The notes under the pieces are model-generated. The model saw only the letters and a list, made by a program, of their open reading frames with translations, was not told the DNA's origin and made no database searches. This document shows, in pieces, positions 16,905-27,282 of a stretch of 28,842 nt of DNA; position 1 is the stretch's first letter, and each line of letters begins with the position of its first letter. The position numbers and the translations under genes are program-made. The DNA lies in IMG/VR virus record IMGVR_UViG_3300020045_002896, positions 1 to 28,842 of that record. One strand, given 5' to 3'. The DNA comes from a virus (taxonomy: Duplodnaviria; Caudoviricetes).

Positions 16905-17434
16905 TGGCATACTTACCTAATGAAGATAGGCTAACAAAAGCTCTCAATCATATAGATTGGGAGCATCACATGGTGCATCGTAAAAAAACTTTTACAGTCA
17001 GTTATATATCATTGGCAGTTGCTAATAATGGATATTTAGATATTCATTTAACTGGATTTAAAAATGATGCTCACACAAAAATTACATTTTCATCAGAGGG
17101 TAAGGCTTATTTTAAAACATATTCAGGTACTACATATACTAGTGCTGGAACAGCGTATACTCCATTTAATAGGTGTATTTGTTCGACTACAGCGGCCACT
17201 ACTATAGTTGGTATAAACCCAACTATTAACGTTTTAGGTAGTTTAAGAGGTAATGATTTTGTTGGAATAACAGGAGCAGCTGTAATTAGGGCTGGCGGTA
17301 CTGGTGGTGAAAGTATTGAGACAATTATAAACCCAGGCTATGATTTACTTTTAAGATTACAAAATGTAAGCGGCACTACTGCTGATTTAAATATGGTGAT
17401 TAATTTTTATGAATTGTCACCAGACGAAGATTAA
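16904..17434 (+). CDS. Hypothetical beta-rich protein
   Basis: TAATG overlap with the previous gene. Confidence 0.7.
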   Translation: MAYLPNEDRLTKALNHIDWEHHMVHRKKTFTVSYISLAVANNGYLDIHLTGFKNDAHTKITFSSEGKAYFKTYSGTTYTSAGTAYTPFNRCICSTTAATTIVGINPTINVLGSLRGNDFVGITGAAVIRAGGTGGESIETIINPGYDLLLRLQNVSGTTADLNMVINFYELSPDED

Positions 17435-17447
17435 ATAACATAAATAG

Positions 17448-17533
17448 TGTTATAATGTAACCAACCACATTGTTGGACTCCATCTTACCAAAATAAGGAA
17501 ATGGCATTAACTTATTTAAATGGAGTAAAAACA
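17448..17533 (+). promoter_or_regulatory. Extended -10 promoter with structured leader (ejection-protein operon)
   Basis: TGTTATAAT; TTACC..ATAAGGAAAT shared with the portal leader; ACTCCAT/ATGGAGT stem. Confidence 0.6.
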
Positions 17534-18682
17534 ATGGGATTTCTCGAAGATTTAGCAAAGACAGCAACTAGCGCAGCGCAAGGCGTAACTGGCGCAGTAG
17601 GTGGCGTAGTAGATTATTTAGGTACGGCCGCTAACTTACCAGAACTTGGTATTTCAGAGATGTTAGCTGGTGGCCAAAATACGGCCAATACCGATAGATA
17701 TGATATTAACACTGGACAACCGCTACAGCTAACTAGTAGCCCCATTTCTGGCACTACTAGCACATTTTATAACTTAGCTAAAAGTACATCGCCAACAACT
17801 GTTAGTGCAACGCAACCAACAGCAACGTCTAATATAGACGGTGATGTATTAGGCGCTTCGGACTATAATACTTGGCTAGCAAATCAACAAGCAGCACAAG
17901 CAGCACAAGAAGCACAACAGTTAGCAACCAACAAATCTAACGAAGTAGCTAGTTACGATGACCAAATATCTAATCTTGAAAGACTATTAGGATACGCTGC
18001 AACTAAAAGACAGCAAGGTATCCAAGGCATAGATGAACAATATGCAAATACTAAAGCACTACAAGAGCAAGCTTTTGAAAAACAACGCTTACAGAATATT
18101 CAAAACCAAGAAAAAGGTTATGGAGAAGTTGGAACTTTTGCCAACACATCAATAAATAACCTTAATAGGCTACTACAAGGCGCTAACGCTGGCCGTTCGA
18201 GTGTTGGACAAATATTAGCACCATTTATGGTAAATAGGTCAGCTGAAACACGTCGCAAGGCCGTAACTGATACTGCTGGCGAAAACTTAGCAAATATTGA
18301 GTCAACAGCTGGTACTACGTTCCAAGATTTGTCTAACCAACGCAAGAAGAGTTTGCAAGATTATGAAGCAAGCGTATTAGGCTCACAAAATGAACTTGAG
18401 TCTCAAAAACGACAAGCTATTATTAACCGTGGCCTTGCAAGCGGACAAGGATATGAGCAAGCTCGTGCTGGCGCATCTGCATTAGACGCAAGTATGAACG
18501 ATAGGTATACTCAGTTAGCTGATTTGTTTAGTAAATACAAGCCAGATTATTCAGTTAAAGAAGCACCTGCACTAAGCACATATCAAGTAGACCCTGCTAA
18601 AATTAATGCACAGTCACAATCTACAAATGACTACTACTTGAATATGCTAAAGCGCAAAAAAGAACTTAACCAAGGAGTTTAA
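17501..18682 (+). CDS. Putative internal virion/ejection (pilot) protein; alternative start at 17534
   Basis: A/Q/G/S-rich helical protein with no Cys; MGFLEDLAK..GAVGG N-terminus typical of pilot proteins. Confidence 0.6.
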   Translation: MALTYLNGVKTMGFLEDLAKTATSAAQGVTGAVGGVVDYLGTAANLPELGISEMLAGGQNTANTDRYDINTGQPLQLTSSPISGTTSTFYNLAKSTSPTTVSATQPTATSNIDGDVLGASDYNTWLANQQAAQAAQEAQQLATNKSNEVASYDDQISNLERLLGYAATKRQQGIQGIDEQYANTKALQEQAFEKQRLQNIQNQEKGYGEVGTFANTSINNLNRLLQGANAGRSSVGQILAPFMVNRSAETRRKAVTDTAGENLANIESTAGTTFQDLSNQRKKSLQDYEASVLGSQNELESQKRQAIINRGLASGQGYEQARAGASALDASMNDRYTQLADLFSKYKPDYSVKEAPALSTYQVDPAKINAQSQSTNDYYLNMLKRKKELNQGV

Positions 18683-18690
18683 TAACCATT

Positions 18691-21600
18691 ATGGCATACA
18701 CCTTTAAGCAGCGTTCTGACGGTGGATTTGACTTTTATAGTGGTAACAAAAAGACTACGATTGAAGATTATGCCAAGAATACTGGCGTTAATCAAAATGC
18801 ACTTAGATCAACACTTGCACAGCGTGGCGATCCACAATCACAACAGATTATTAAACAGTCATCTATTGATAAAATTTATAAAGCAAAATTACCAACAGCT
18901 ATAAACCAAGAGTCAAAAAGTGTTGATTGGTTAGGGAAATTAGTTAGCGACAGAGATTGGAAAAAACGTGCCGAGAATACAGCTCGTAACCAGGCTATTA
19001 GTGAATACACAAGCAAAACAAAAGACTATACATCACCAGTAGTAAAGAATTACCTAGGCCAGACATCTGCGTCTGCTAATCAATTATCACAAAATGCTCG
19101 TAAGGCAGTAGATTACGGTAATAAAACTTTTACTAATATGAAAGAAGTCGCACAAATTGGTGGATATGTGCCTGGATTTGGAGCGGCTATAACAGCAGCA
19201 CCAGCTATTGTACAAGGTATTGCAAGCCGTACCAGCAATAAACAATTAGCAAATGACATAAATAATATTCGTTCGCAAGTTGATTTTAATATGTCATCTT
19301 CTGATTTTAATAAATTAGATAAAGATACCCAAAACAAAATGAGAACTATGCAGAATATTGGAGTTGCTTTGTCGCCGTTAGATTTCTTAGGCGCTGGCGG
19401 AATAGTTAAGTCTGGTATTGGCGGATTAACTAAAAGCGCTACAAGAGAAGCTTTAACTAAAGGCGCTATCAGCCAAGCAACAAAAACTGCTTTAAAGCAA
19501 TCATTTAAAAGTGCCGCTAAAAGTGCTATAACACCAACATTAGCTGGTGGCGCTATAAGCGCTGGAGCACAACAATATTTAACTGGTAAAATTGACCCAT
19601 TGCAGGTAGCTAAAGACGCAGTTACAACTGGAGCATCATCTCTGCTACTTAGCCCATTAAGTGGTAGTTCGCCAACGCTATCATCATTTGGAAGAACAAA
19701 AGAGTTAGCTAAAAGTTTAGACGCAACCACAGACACAGCACAGCGACGTAATATTATTCAGCAAATAAAAGACAATAACCAAGCTAATATAATTGCTAAA
19801 ATTCCGCAAATTCTTGATACCAAACCAAAATATGACGTTAATAAAGTAAATCAAAATGAAGCATACACACTAACTGATTATGCTGAAATGATTAATCCTA
19901 GCTCAAAGTTTTTAAAAGATACAACCAACCCTGCCACAATTACAGCTATTAACGAACTTAATAGACAGGCTCGCAATGCAGCACAAACTGCTGGTATAGA
20001 TATCATAACTGGAACGCCATTTGAACGACAAAATAGAATAATAGACTTTATTGAACAATATGAAAATGCACAAAATCCAATAAAAGCAGAGACTAATGTT
20101 CGTCAATTAACGCCAGAACAAGTAAAGGCACAGTTGAAGCGTGAACGAGAGGGTGGATTTGCTAAAATACCTGGCGGTGATAAGACTAAGGTAACTACCA
20201 CAAAACAGGAACAACTAGACGTAATAAATAAATTAAACCCTATGACCGACGAATATCATACAGGTATAAGGTCGGTTAATGATATAAAGACATATAAAGA
20301 AGCATTTAACGACCCAGAGTCATTTGCATACCCTGATTTTAGCAAAGTAGATGGCAGAAGAGCTGTTGATACTGGTAAAATTACAATATATAGTTCAAAG
20401 CCATTAGATAAAATTAATGCACAATTTGTCACCCCATCTAAAATGGGAGCATCTGATTATGCTAGTGGCGGTAAAGTCTATTCAAAAGAAGTTAGCGTAA
20501 ATGACGTAGCATGGATAAATGGCGATGAGGGCCAATTAGTCGGTAGCACCAAACCTCGCTCCGACTCTGGATTTGCTAAAATACCTCTCCCTAAGAAACT
20601 AGCAGACTTTGCTAGTAGAAATCTAGATGAAGCCCCACAAGTAGCTAAGACAGAAACACTAAAGAACAACTGGCGAGAAATAGATAATCTAAAGTTCGGT
20701 AAAGACGATGCTGTCAACGCTGATATGCTTCTAGAAAAACAGAGCATTATGCGAGAGATCGCTAGGGTGTCTAGGTCAGATAAAGAGCTGTCAGATATAT
20801 TGGACCGAGCAGAGACATTTAAAAATGGCGGTTACTTAGGCGATAATGCCAACCTAGTATATGACGTTAGCAAAAACCCTGCTGCTTCAAAAACTACTCA
20901 AAGTAGAGCCAAAGAACTCTATGATAGTATTACTACCCCTATAGTAACTAAGACACCGACTACTAGCCCACTAGAGCAGATACAACCTAAAAAAACAAAA
21001 GAGTTAAGTCAAACGATAAACAATATTATATACAGAGATTACCCAGAATTAACTCAAGTTGATATTGATAGTCGATTCCCAGACGGAATACCAAAAATTA
21101 AACCTAGTAGTATAATAGAGGTCACTGGCCTATCAGCTACCGAAGCAGGTATCCCACCGCGTTATTTATCAGAAACTAATGGCAAAGCATTAGACGAAGT
21201 AGCTGTTGATATGCAATATAAAACAGATGGTGGCGAATTAACATTAACAGGCGATGACGTACTAGAAGCTATAAAATCAGAGTTAGATTCTAAAAAGATA
21301 TTAAGAGAAAATCCAAGTAGAATAGCAGAATTAAGGCGAGACCCAACAATAATAGCTGAAGCTCAAAAAGTAATTGATGATGAAAGAAAATATATTACTA
21401 CACAAGACGATGTGTACCAGCCAACTAAAGAAGATTACGATTATTACAATAAAGTTATTAGTGAACAATCTTTTGGGGAAAAAGTAGCAGATGCCATATC
21501 TCCGCTGAAACAATTAGAGGTTAAAGCTCCTGAAATAATTAAAACTACACCAAAAAAAGTTACTAAAGCAACGCCACAAGCTCGTGGATTCGTTGAATCA

Positions 21601-24309
21601 GTCCAAAACGCACCAATAGTCGACAAGGCCGTTAAAAAATCTGTAGCAGGCTTATACACGCCAAAAACTAACGATACTTTAATGGCAGAGGCTAAGGCAC
21701 TACTTACCGAAGGTGGAATAATAGATTTCAAGTCAACGAAAGACCTAGATAAAAAAGTAGCCGCAACAATGCAAGAAGCAATGAATCAACAGGCTGCTGG
21801 CAATCATCAAGCCGCTGCTGACTTATTCAATAATCTATCAGAACATGGAACTGAACTAGGTCGTGGCGTACAAGCCTTTTCGCTACTTAAAAATATGTCA
21901 CCAGAGGCCGTATCACTATCTGTAGCTGGAAAGATTAAGAAATACAACCGAGACAACCCAACTCGAAAAATACCAGAACTAAATGGTGAACAGCAAAAAA
22001 TGGTAGTCGATAAAATGACAGAAATTGACTTATTAAAAGACGGCCGGGAAAAGAATATAGCTTTAAATGAACTAGAAAATATGGTTAGCGATTTTATACC
22101 GTCAACAATAGTTGATAAGGCTTTAACAGTTTGGAAAGCTGGGTTATTAACATCATTACGAACACATATAAGGAACTTTGTTGGTAACACTGTACATGGA
22201 ATTGCTGAAATAGCTAAAGACGTACCTGGAGTTGGAGCTGACATATTAATGAGCGGAAAAACTGGACAACGAACTTTAACAGCTACAACCAAAGGTATCA
22301 GCGAGTTTGCGTCAAAATCAACTATCCAACAGATGAAAGATATCATAACAAAAGGATATGATCCAACTGAAATGGTACAGAAGTTTGACTACAATAGAAT
22401 TACTTGGGGTAAAAATCCTGTTGAGCAAGGATTAAAGAAATACACAGACACAGTATTTAATTTACTAGGAGCTGGCGATAAACCATTTTATAATGCTGCA
22501 ATGGCACGTTCTCTCTATAATCAAGCTGGAGCTACTGCAATAAATTCTGGTAAACGTGGAAATAAAGCATTTATTGAAAGCTTAGTAAAAAATCCAACTG
22601 AAGATATGATTAAAATAGCTATCGGTGATGCCAACGTTGCAACATTTAAGGACAAAAACGCAGCTACTAGAGTAGTTGGCCAATTAAAACAAGCGCTAAA
22701 CACTACAGAAGCAGGTAAACTTATCGGCGGAATAACAATGCCATTTACAGGTGTACCAACATCTATTTTAGGACAGATTGTAGAATATTCACCAATTGGA
22801 TTAGTAAAAGGTATAGATAAAGTTGGACAAGTTATGTCTGGTGAAGTACCAGAGCTACAGCGATTAGCAGCGCAAGAAGTTGGGCGTGGAGTTATTGGAA
22901 CTGGCGTATTTGGGCTAGGCGCTTATTTAGCTAGCCAGGGATTAATTACCGGTCAACCTAAAGATAAAGAAGAAGCTAGACAATGGGAACTTGAAAATAA
23001 ACCCCGCAACTCAATTATGATTAATGGAAAATGGCGCTCACTAAATTCAATCGGACCGGAAGCAGTAGTATTCTTAGCTGGTTCAAAGTTAAACGAAGAG
23101 TTAAATAAAGAAGATGGTTCAGCGGCAGATTACGCACTAACACTAGGTAAAGACTACCTAGACCAATCATTTGTTAAGGGGTTGCAATCACCTATTAATG
23201 CACTTACTGACCCTGCTAGATACGGCAAATCATACGTCGGTAGCACAATATCATCAGTTATACCAAATATAATTAAAGACGTTGGTAAGGCTTTTGATCC
23301 ATTACAAAGAGAAGCAAACACTGTATTAGATTATGCCAGTAGCACTGTACCTGGATTACGAAATACTATGTTACCTAGACGCGATGCGTTAGGCAATACA
23401 ATGGCGCAAGAGCCAACTGGAGCAGGGGCTTTTATAGATATATTTAACTCTAAAACTCCTATTAAAAACACTGTTGTTGACGAATTAAATAGACTATATG
23501 AATCTGGCCAAAAAGGGTCAACACCATCTAAAATGGCTGCTAAGACGTCAGTATTAAGTCAAGCGATCGAAATGACACCAGAGCAACTAGATAAGTTTGA
23601 ACAAGCAACTGGCGCTAATATCCAACAACAAATGAAAGATATAATCGCAACTCCTGAATACCAACAGGCCGATGACGCAACTAAAAAGGATATTTTAAGC
23701 TCAATAACTAACGACATTAGAGAGTCTGGTAAATTGGATGTATTATCTGGTGGCGATATCGGAACTAACCTAAATCTATCAGCTGATAATAAAATAAAGT
23801 TACAAAAAAGTATATTTGAAAAATCAAATGAGAACTTCCTAGAAAAAGACGGCACTATATATACTCGCAACAATGACGGAACAGCTAACGCAACTCCTAA
23901 GATTAAATATGAATATGACTTAAATAAGGCAACTCTAGCACAATTTAAGTCAGACGATAATATTGACGGTTGGCTAAAACAGGCAGACTTACAGATTAAA
24001 AATATCTACAGTCAAATGCAAGATAAAAATATAACTCCAGTTGAATCAATTAAACTACAGACCGAATTAGATAGTTTACTTAGGAATAAATCTAAATATG
24101 AGGGATATGGTGGGTTCACTAAGGGTTCATCTAGTAGTTCGGGTAGTGCTAGTAGCACTAAGCAAATGACAATAGATAGTTCAACTTTAGATACTACTAA
24201 TGAAACTATTAACAAATTAAACAGTTTGCTAAGAGGAACACAAGATTATACTAGGCCAACTATTCGTAAGGCTCAATTAAAGAAAATAACAGTTAAAGGA
24301 GAAAAGTAA
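18691..24309 (+). CDS. Giant internal virion/ejection protein, polyvalent-like, with an ART-like domain
   Basis: 1872 aa, no Cys, A/G-rich helical segments, modular centre, C-terminal region resembling large polyvalent phage proteins. Confidence 0.7.
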   Translation: MAYTFKQRSDGGFDFYSGNKKTTIEDYAKNTGVNQNALRSTLAQRGDPQSQQIIKQSSIDKIYKAKLPTAINQESKSVDWLGKLVSDRDWKKRAENTARNQAISEYTSKTKDYTSPVVKNYLGQTSASANQLSQNARKAVDYGNKTFTNMKEVAQIGGYVPGFGAAITAAPAIVQGIASRTSNKQLANDINNIRSQVDFNMSSSDFNKLDKDTQNKMRTMQNIGVALSPLDFLGAGGIVKSGIGGLTKSATREALTKGAISQATKTALKQSFKSAAKSAITPTLAGGAISAGAQQYLTGKIDPLQVAKDAVTTGASSLLLSPLSGSSPTLSSFGRTKELAKSLDATTDTAQRRNIIQQIKDNNQANIIAKIPQILDTKPKYDVNKVNQNEAYTLTDYAEMINPSSKFLKDTTNPATITAINELNRQARNAAQTAGIDIITGTPFERQNRIIDFIEQYENAQNPIKAETNVRQLTPEQVKAQLKREREGGFAKIPGGDKTKVTTTKQEQLDVINKLNPMTDEYHTGIRSVNDIKTYKEAFNDPESFAYPDFSKVDGRRAVDTGKITIYSSKPLDKINAQFVTPSKMGASDYASGGKVYSKEVSVNDVAWINGDEGQLVGSTKPRSDSGFAKIPLPKKLADFASRNLDEAPQVAKTETLKNNWREIDNLKFGKDDAVNADMLLEKQSIMREIARVSRSDKELSDILDRAETFKNGGYLGDNANLVYDVSKNPAASKTTQSRAKELYDSITTPIVTKTPTTSPLEQIQPKKTKELSQTINNIIYRDYPELTQVDIDSRFPDGIPKIKPSSIIEVTGLSATEAGIPPRYLSETNGKALDEVAVDMQYKTDGGELTLTGDDVLEAIKSELDSKKILRENPSRIAELRRDPTIIAEAQKVIDDERKYITTQDDVYQPTKEDYDYYNKVISEQSFGEKVADAISPLKQLEVKAPEIIKTTPKKVTKATPQARGFVESVQNAPIVDKAVKKSVAGLYTPKTNDTLMAEAKALLTEGGIIDFKSTKDLDKKVAATMQEAMNQQAAGNHQAAADLFNNLSEHGTELGRGVQAFSLLKNMSPEAVSLSVAGKIKKYNRDNPTRKIPELNGEQQKMVVDKMTEIDLLKDGREKNIALNELENMVSDFIPSTIVDKALTVWKAGLLTSLRTHIRNFVGNTVHGIAEIAKDVPGVGADILMSGKTGQRTLTATTKGISEFASKSTIQQMKDIITKGYDPTEMVQKFDYNRITWGKNPVEQGLKKYTDTVFNLLGAGDKPFYNAAMARSLYNQAGATAINSGKRGNKAFIESLVKNPTEDMIKIAIGDANVATFKDKNAATRVVGQLKQALNTTEAGKLIGGITMPFTGVPTSILGQIVEYSPIGLVKGIDKVGQVMSGEVPELQRLAAQEVGRGVIGTGVFGLGAYLASQGLITGQPKDKEEARQWELENKPRNSIMINGKWRSLNSIGPEAVVFLAGSKLNEELNKEDGSAADYALTLGKDYLDQSFVKGLQSPINALTDPARYGKSYVGSTISSVIPNIIKDVGKAFDPLQREANTVLDYASSTVPGLRNTMLPRRDALGNTMAQEPTGAGAFIDIFNSKTPIKNTVVDELNRLYESGQKGSTPSKMAAKTSVLSQAIEMTPEQLDKFEQATGANIQQQMKDIIATPEYQQADDATKKDILSSITNDIRESGKLDVLSGGDIGTNLNLSADNKIKLQKSIFEKSNENFLEKDGTIYTRNNDGTANATPKIKYEYDLNKATLAQFKSDDNIDGWLKQADLQIKNIYSQMQDKNITPVESIKLQTELDSLLRNKSKYEGYGGFTKGSSSSSGSASSTKQMTIDSSTLDTTNETINKLNSLLRGTQDYTRPTIRKAQLKKITVKGEK
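20154..20586 (+). repeat. Exact 19-bp direct repeat TGGATTTGCTAAAATACCT at 20154-20172 and 20568-20586
   Basis: Both copies encode GFAKIP; spacing 414 nt keeps the frame. Confidence 0.92.
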
Positions 24310-25187
24310 TGACTGGTCAAGAATTATTAAACGCAGTATATACGGCATACAGGGGTAAAGGCCAAAGTAAAACTCCTCTATGGGGAAGTGAAAAGGCTAA
24401 TATCGTACTAGCAATTTATAACCGTAAAAAGAACGAGTGGGCTACTGATTCAGACCAGACTTGGGTATCTAATTTTAGTATGATATCGCCAAACGAGCCT
24501 GGAATAGTCGCTACTACGGGAACAACTATTTTAACTGGTACTAATACATTTTTCACTGATTATCAAATTGGCGATAAAATTACAGTTTATGGAGAGACTG
24601 AACGAATAATCGACTCTATTACAAGCGATACGTCATTAACCGTATCTGTAGCATTTAGCAACACTGCGTCATCACTAACATTTACTCACAGTATAATTAT
24701 TAAGACTGGCATACAAAGCTATAAACTACACCGTAATTTTTTAACACCATCAGATAAAGTTTTAGTAACTTCTGGGACTCAAACTTATGAATATGGATTA
24801 TCTAACCCACAAGAACGAGTTGCAGCAACCTATTTATCTGGTAGAAATCCAAAAGTTATTACTTTTGTAAATACTATAGAATCAACTAATCAATCTGTTG
24901 GTGGAGTATTATCTGTACCGGCTTATTACAAGCCAGATGATATAGTAAACGCTACTGATTTAGTCGCAGTCGATAATCCAGAGTGGGCTGTATATGTTGT
25001 CGCTAGCGAATTAGCTCGCAACGATCCTGCAAAAGAAGATCAATTTTCAACACTACTTGGAATTGCCAACGATCTATATATCAAAATGGTATCAGCTAAC
25101 TTTAATATCGGGTTCTTACAAGGCGGAACTGTTTATAATAATATGCCGCAAATAAGTCCTGATTTAGATATAGATTGGACACTTTAA
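24309..25187 (+). CDS. Putative head-tail adaptor (tail tubular A-like) with an inserted beta domain
   Basis: MT..ELLNAV helical N-terminus, helical C-terminus, position before the nozzle-like gene. Confidence 0.55.
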   Translation: MTGQELLNAVYTAYRGKGQSKTPLWGSEKANIVLAIYNRKKNEWATDSDQTWVSNFSMISPNEPGIVATTGTTILTGTNTFFTDYQIGDKITVYGETERIIDSITSDTSLTVSVAFSNTASSLTFTHSIIIKTGIQSYKLHRNFLTPSDKVLVTSGTQTYEYGLSNPQERVAATYLSGRNPKVITFVNTIESTNQSVGGVLSVPAYYKPDDIVNATDLVAVDNPEWAVYVVASELARNDPAKEDQFSTLLGIANDLYIKMVSANFNIGFLQGGTVYNNMPQISPDLDIDWTL

Positions 25188-25188
25188 A

Positions 25189-27201
25189 ATGTATACTCCA
25201 CGACCAACCGCAAAACGACGAAAAGAAATAAACATTACACAAGGTAGTGCAAGTGGTCGAGGATTTAAAAAAGGTTATTTGTCTTTTGTAACAGATTCTC
25301 GTATGCCTTTTGACGCATTGTCTGACCTTACTAACATGACACTTGACCAAGATAATTTGCCACGACCTCGCGAATCACTTGTATTATTTGGTGGACAACC
25401 ATTAGGCGAGATGATAGGTATTGGAACGTTTATTAAGATTGTGTCTGGCTTACCTGAAAAATGGGATATATCAATGCAAGTTATAGGTGGAGTTGGTAAA
25501 ATATGTATTCGTAAAGACGGTGATGCTTGGGTAGCTATAGTTGATGATGACAATTCGTATTCTTCAACAGCTGTCGTAAACTTCTGTCAATCTGGTAAAA
25601 GAGTATACATATCTAACGGCGCTGATTCGATGACTTATTACGATATTGATGCTGGAACGATAGTAAAATATACCGCACTTGCGACTCCATCAAAACCAAC
25701 AGGAGCGGTAACTGGTATGGTTGGAACGGACTTTACTTATTATTATAAGATAACCGCAAATAATGAGGTTGGCGAGTCTGCATCATCGCCAGTTGAAACA
25801 ATACAAACAAATACTGTTCGAGGTTCTAGCACTTGGTCGACGGCTTCTAAATATGTGACATTAACTTGGAGTGCAGTTGCAAGCGCAAGCTCGTATAACG
25901 TCTATATAGGGCTTGAGCTTGGCAAAGAGCAATATCTAACTACAGTAAATGCCTTAAAGTATATTGATGACGGCCAATTCGATCCTAATGTATTTAAAAT
26001 TGCGCCAGATGGTAACTCAACTGCCGGTCCAAAATTAACTACAATGATTAACAAAGATGGCACACTTTACGGTGTTGGTGATGCCGATAATCCTGAAAAC
26101 CTTTGGTATGATGGTGGCGATACGGCAGTTGGTGACTTCTCGCCGTTTTCTGGTGGTGGTTATGTTGCTATAAATTATGGTGGCGATACTACACCACAAG
26201 CTGTTAAGGCATTTCGTACTGGTAAAGGTGACCCTGCCGTAAGCACACTATCTAGCGGTATAGCTGGAACTGGAAAGATGCACCATATTATATTTACGCA
26301 ATCTAGTTTTGATGGCTATACGTTCATGATTCCTAACGTTCAAGAGGCTAACGGACAGGCTGGAACAGTATCAGCAAGGGCGGTAGTTGAGATAAACAAC
26401 TCACTTTACTACCCTACTGGACAAGATTTTAAGAGTACAGGAACGTCAGCAAATATTCAGAATATTTTATCTACTAATTCAATATCTAACGATATAATCC
26501 CAGATGTTCGTATGCTTACATTATCAGCTATGAAAAATGCTTGCGGATTAGTTTACGAAAGTAAGATTTATTGGGCACTACCAGTTTCAAACCAAACAAA
26601 TAACCAAATATGGGTAAAAGATATGTCAAGGGGTGGTATTTGGATTATGCCCTGGACTATATCAGCGAAATTTATGTGGCTATCTGAGAATAATACAACT
26701 GGTAAAATATCATTTTGCATTTATGACGGTACAAATATTTTAGAATTTTCACGTTCAGTGTACACGCAAGATAACGGAGTAGCTTTTGCAACTCGCGTAG
26801 CTCACGAGGGTTTAACCTGGAGTGATAGCGGAATGACTATGGGCGCAATCCAAAATCAGCGATTTAAGTTATTGCAACCAAGTGGCACAGTAAATGTTTT
26901 ATCATTTGGACTAGATGAAGATGGAGCGGTAAATACACTTGCAACCGATTCGTTTACACAAATGGCATCATTTACAGGCTATGGACAATTATTTTATTCA
27001 GACGGATATTCTCAATACTCTGACGATGTTGGAGTTATTAACTTTACGTCAACACAAGTAAAAGTTGTTAATTTAGAAGTTGATGAGACGCTAAACCAGA
27101 TAGGTTGGGAAATTAGAACAGACAACATAAATTGTGATTATTATTTAAGCACAGTATTAACGACTGGTATAGAAATACCTCGCAGTTACTTTGGAGATTA
27201 A
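25189..27201 (+). CDS. Putative tail nozzle/DNA stabilisation protein (tail tubular B/P22 gp10-like) with FN3-like insert
   Basis: 670 aa beta-propeller-like; YYYKITA....GES..S and LTWSAV..A.SYNVY motifs. Confidence 0.65.
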   Translation: MYTPRPTAKRRKEINITQGSASGRGFKKGYLSFVTDSRMPFDALSDLTNMTLDQDNLPRPRESLVLFGGQPLGEMIGIGTFIKIVSGLPEKWDISMQVIGGVGKICIRKDGDAWVAIVDDDNSYSSTAVVNFCQSGKRVYISNGADSMTYYDIDAGTIVKYTALATPSKPTGAVTGMVGTDFTYYYKITANNEVGESASSPVETIQTNTVRGSSTWSTASKYVTLTWSAVASASSYNVYIGLELGKEQYLTTVNALKYIDDGQFDPNVFKIAPDGNSTAGPKLTTMINKDGTLYGVGDADNPENLWYDGGDTAVGDFSPFSGGGYVAINYGGDTTPQAVKAFRTGKGDPAVSTLSSGIAGTGKMHHIIFTQSSFDGYTFMIPNVQEANGQAGTVSARAVVEINNSLYYPTGQDFKSTGTSANIQNILSTNSISNDIIPDVRMLTLSAMKNACGLVYESKIYWALPVSNQTNNQIWVKDMSRGGIWIMPWTISAKFMWLSENNTTGKISFCIYDGTNILEFSRSVYTQDNGVAFATRVAHEGLTWSDSGMTMGAIQNQRFKLLQPSGTVNVLSFGLDEDGAVNTLATDSFTQMASFTGYGQLFYSDGYSQYSDDVGVINFTSTQVKVVNLEVDETLNQIGWEIRTDNINCDYYLSTVLTTGIEIPRSYFGD

Positions 27202-27221
27202 TATGAAAAAAATAAGTAAAA

Positions 27222-27282
27222 ATGTTATAATACAAATCAAAGATATGCCTCGACGAAGATTATCGAATAAGGAGATAATCTA
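27222..27282 (+). promoter_or_regulatory. Extended -10 promoter with conserved structured leader (tail fibre)
   Basis: TGTTATAAT, TATGCCTC box, perfect AGATTATC/GATAATCT hairpin with AAGGA in the loop. Confidence 0.75.
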
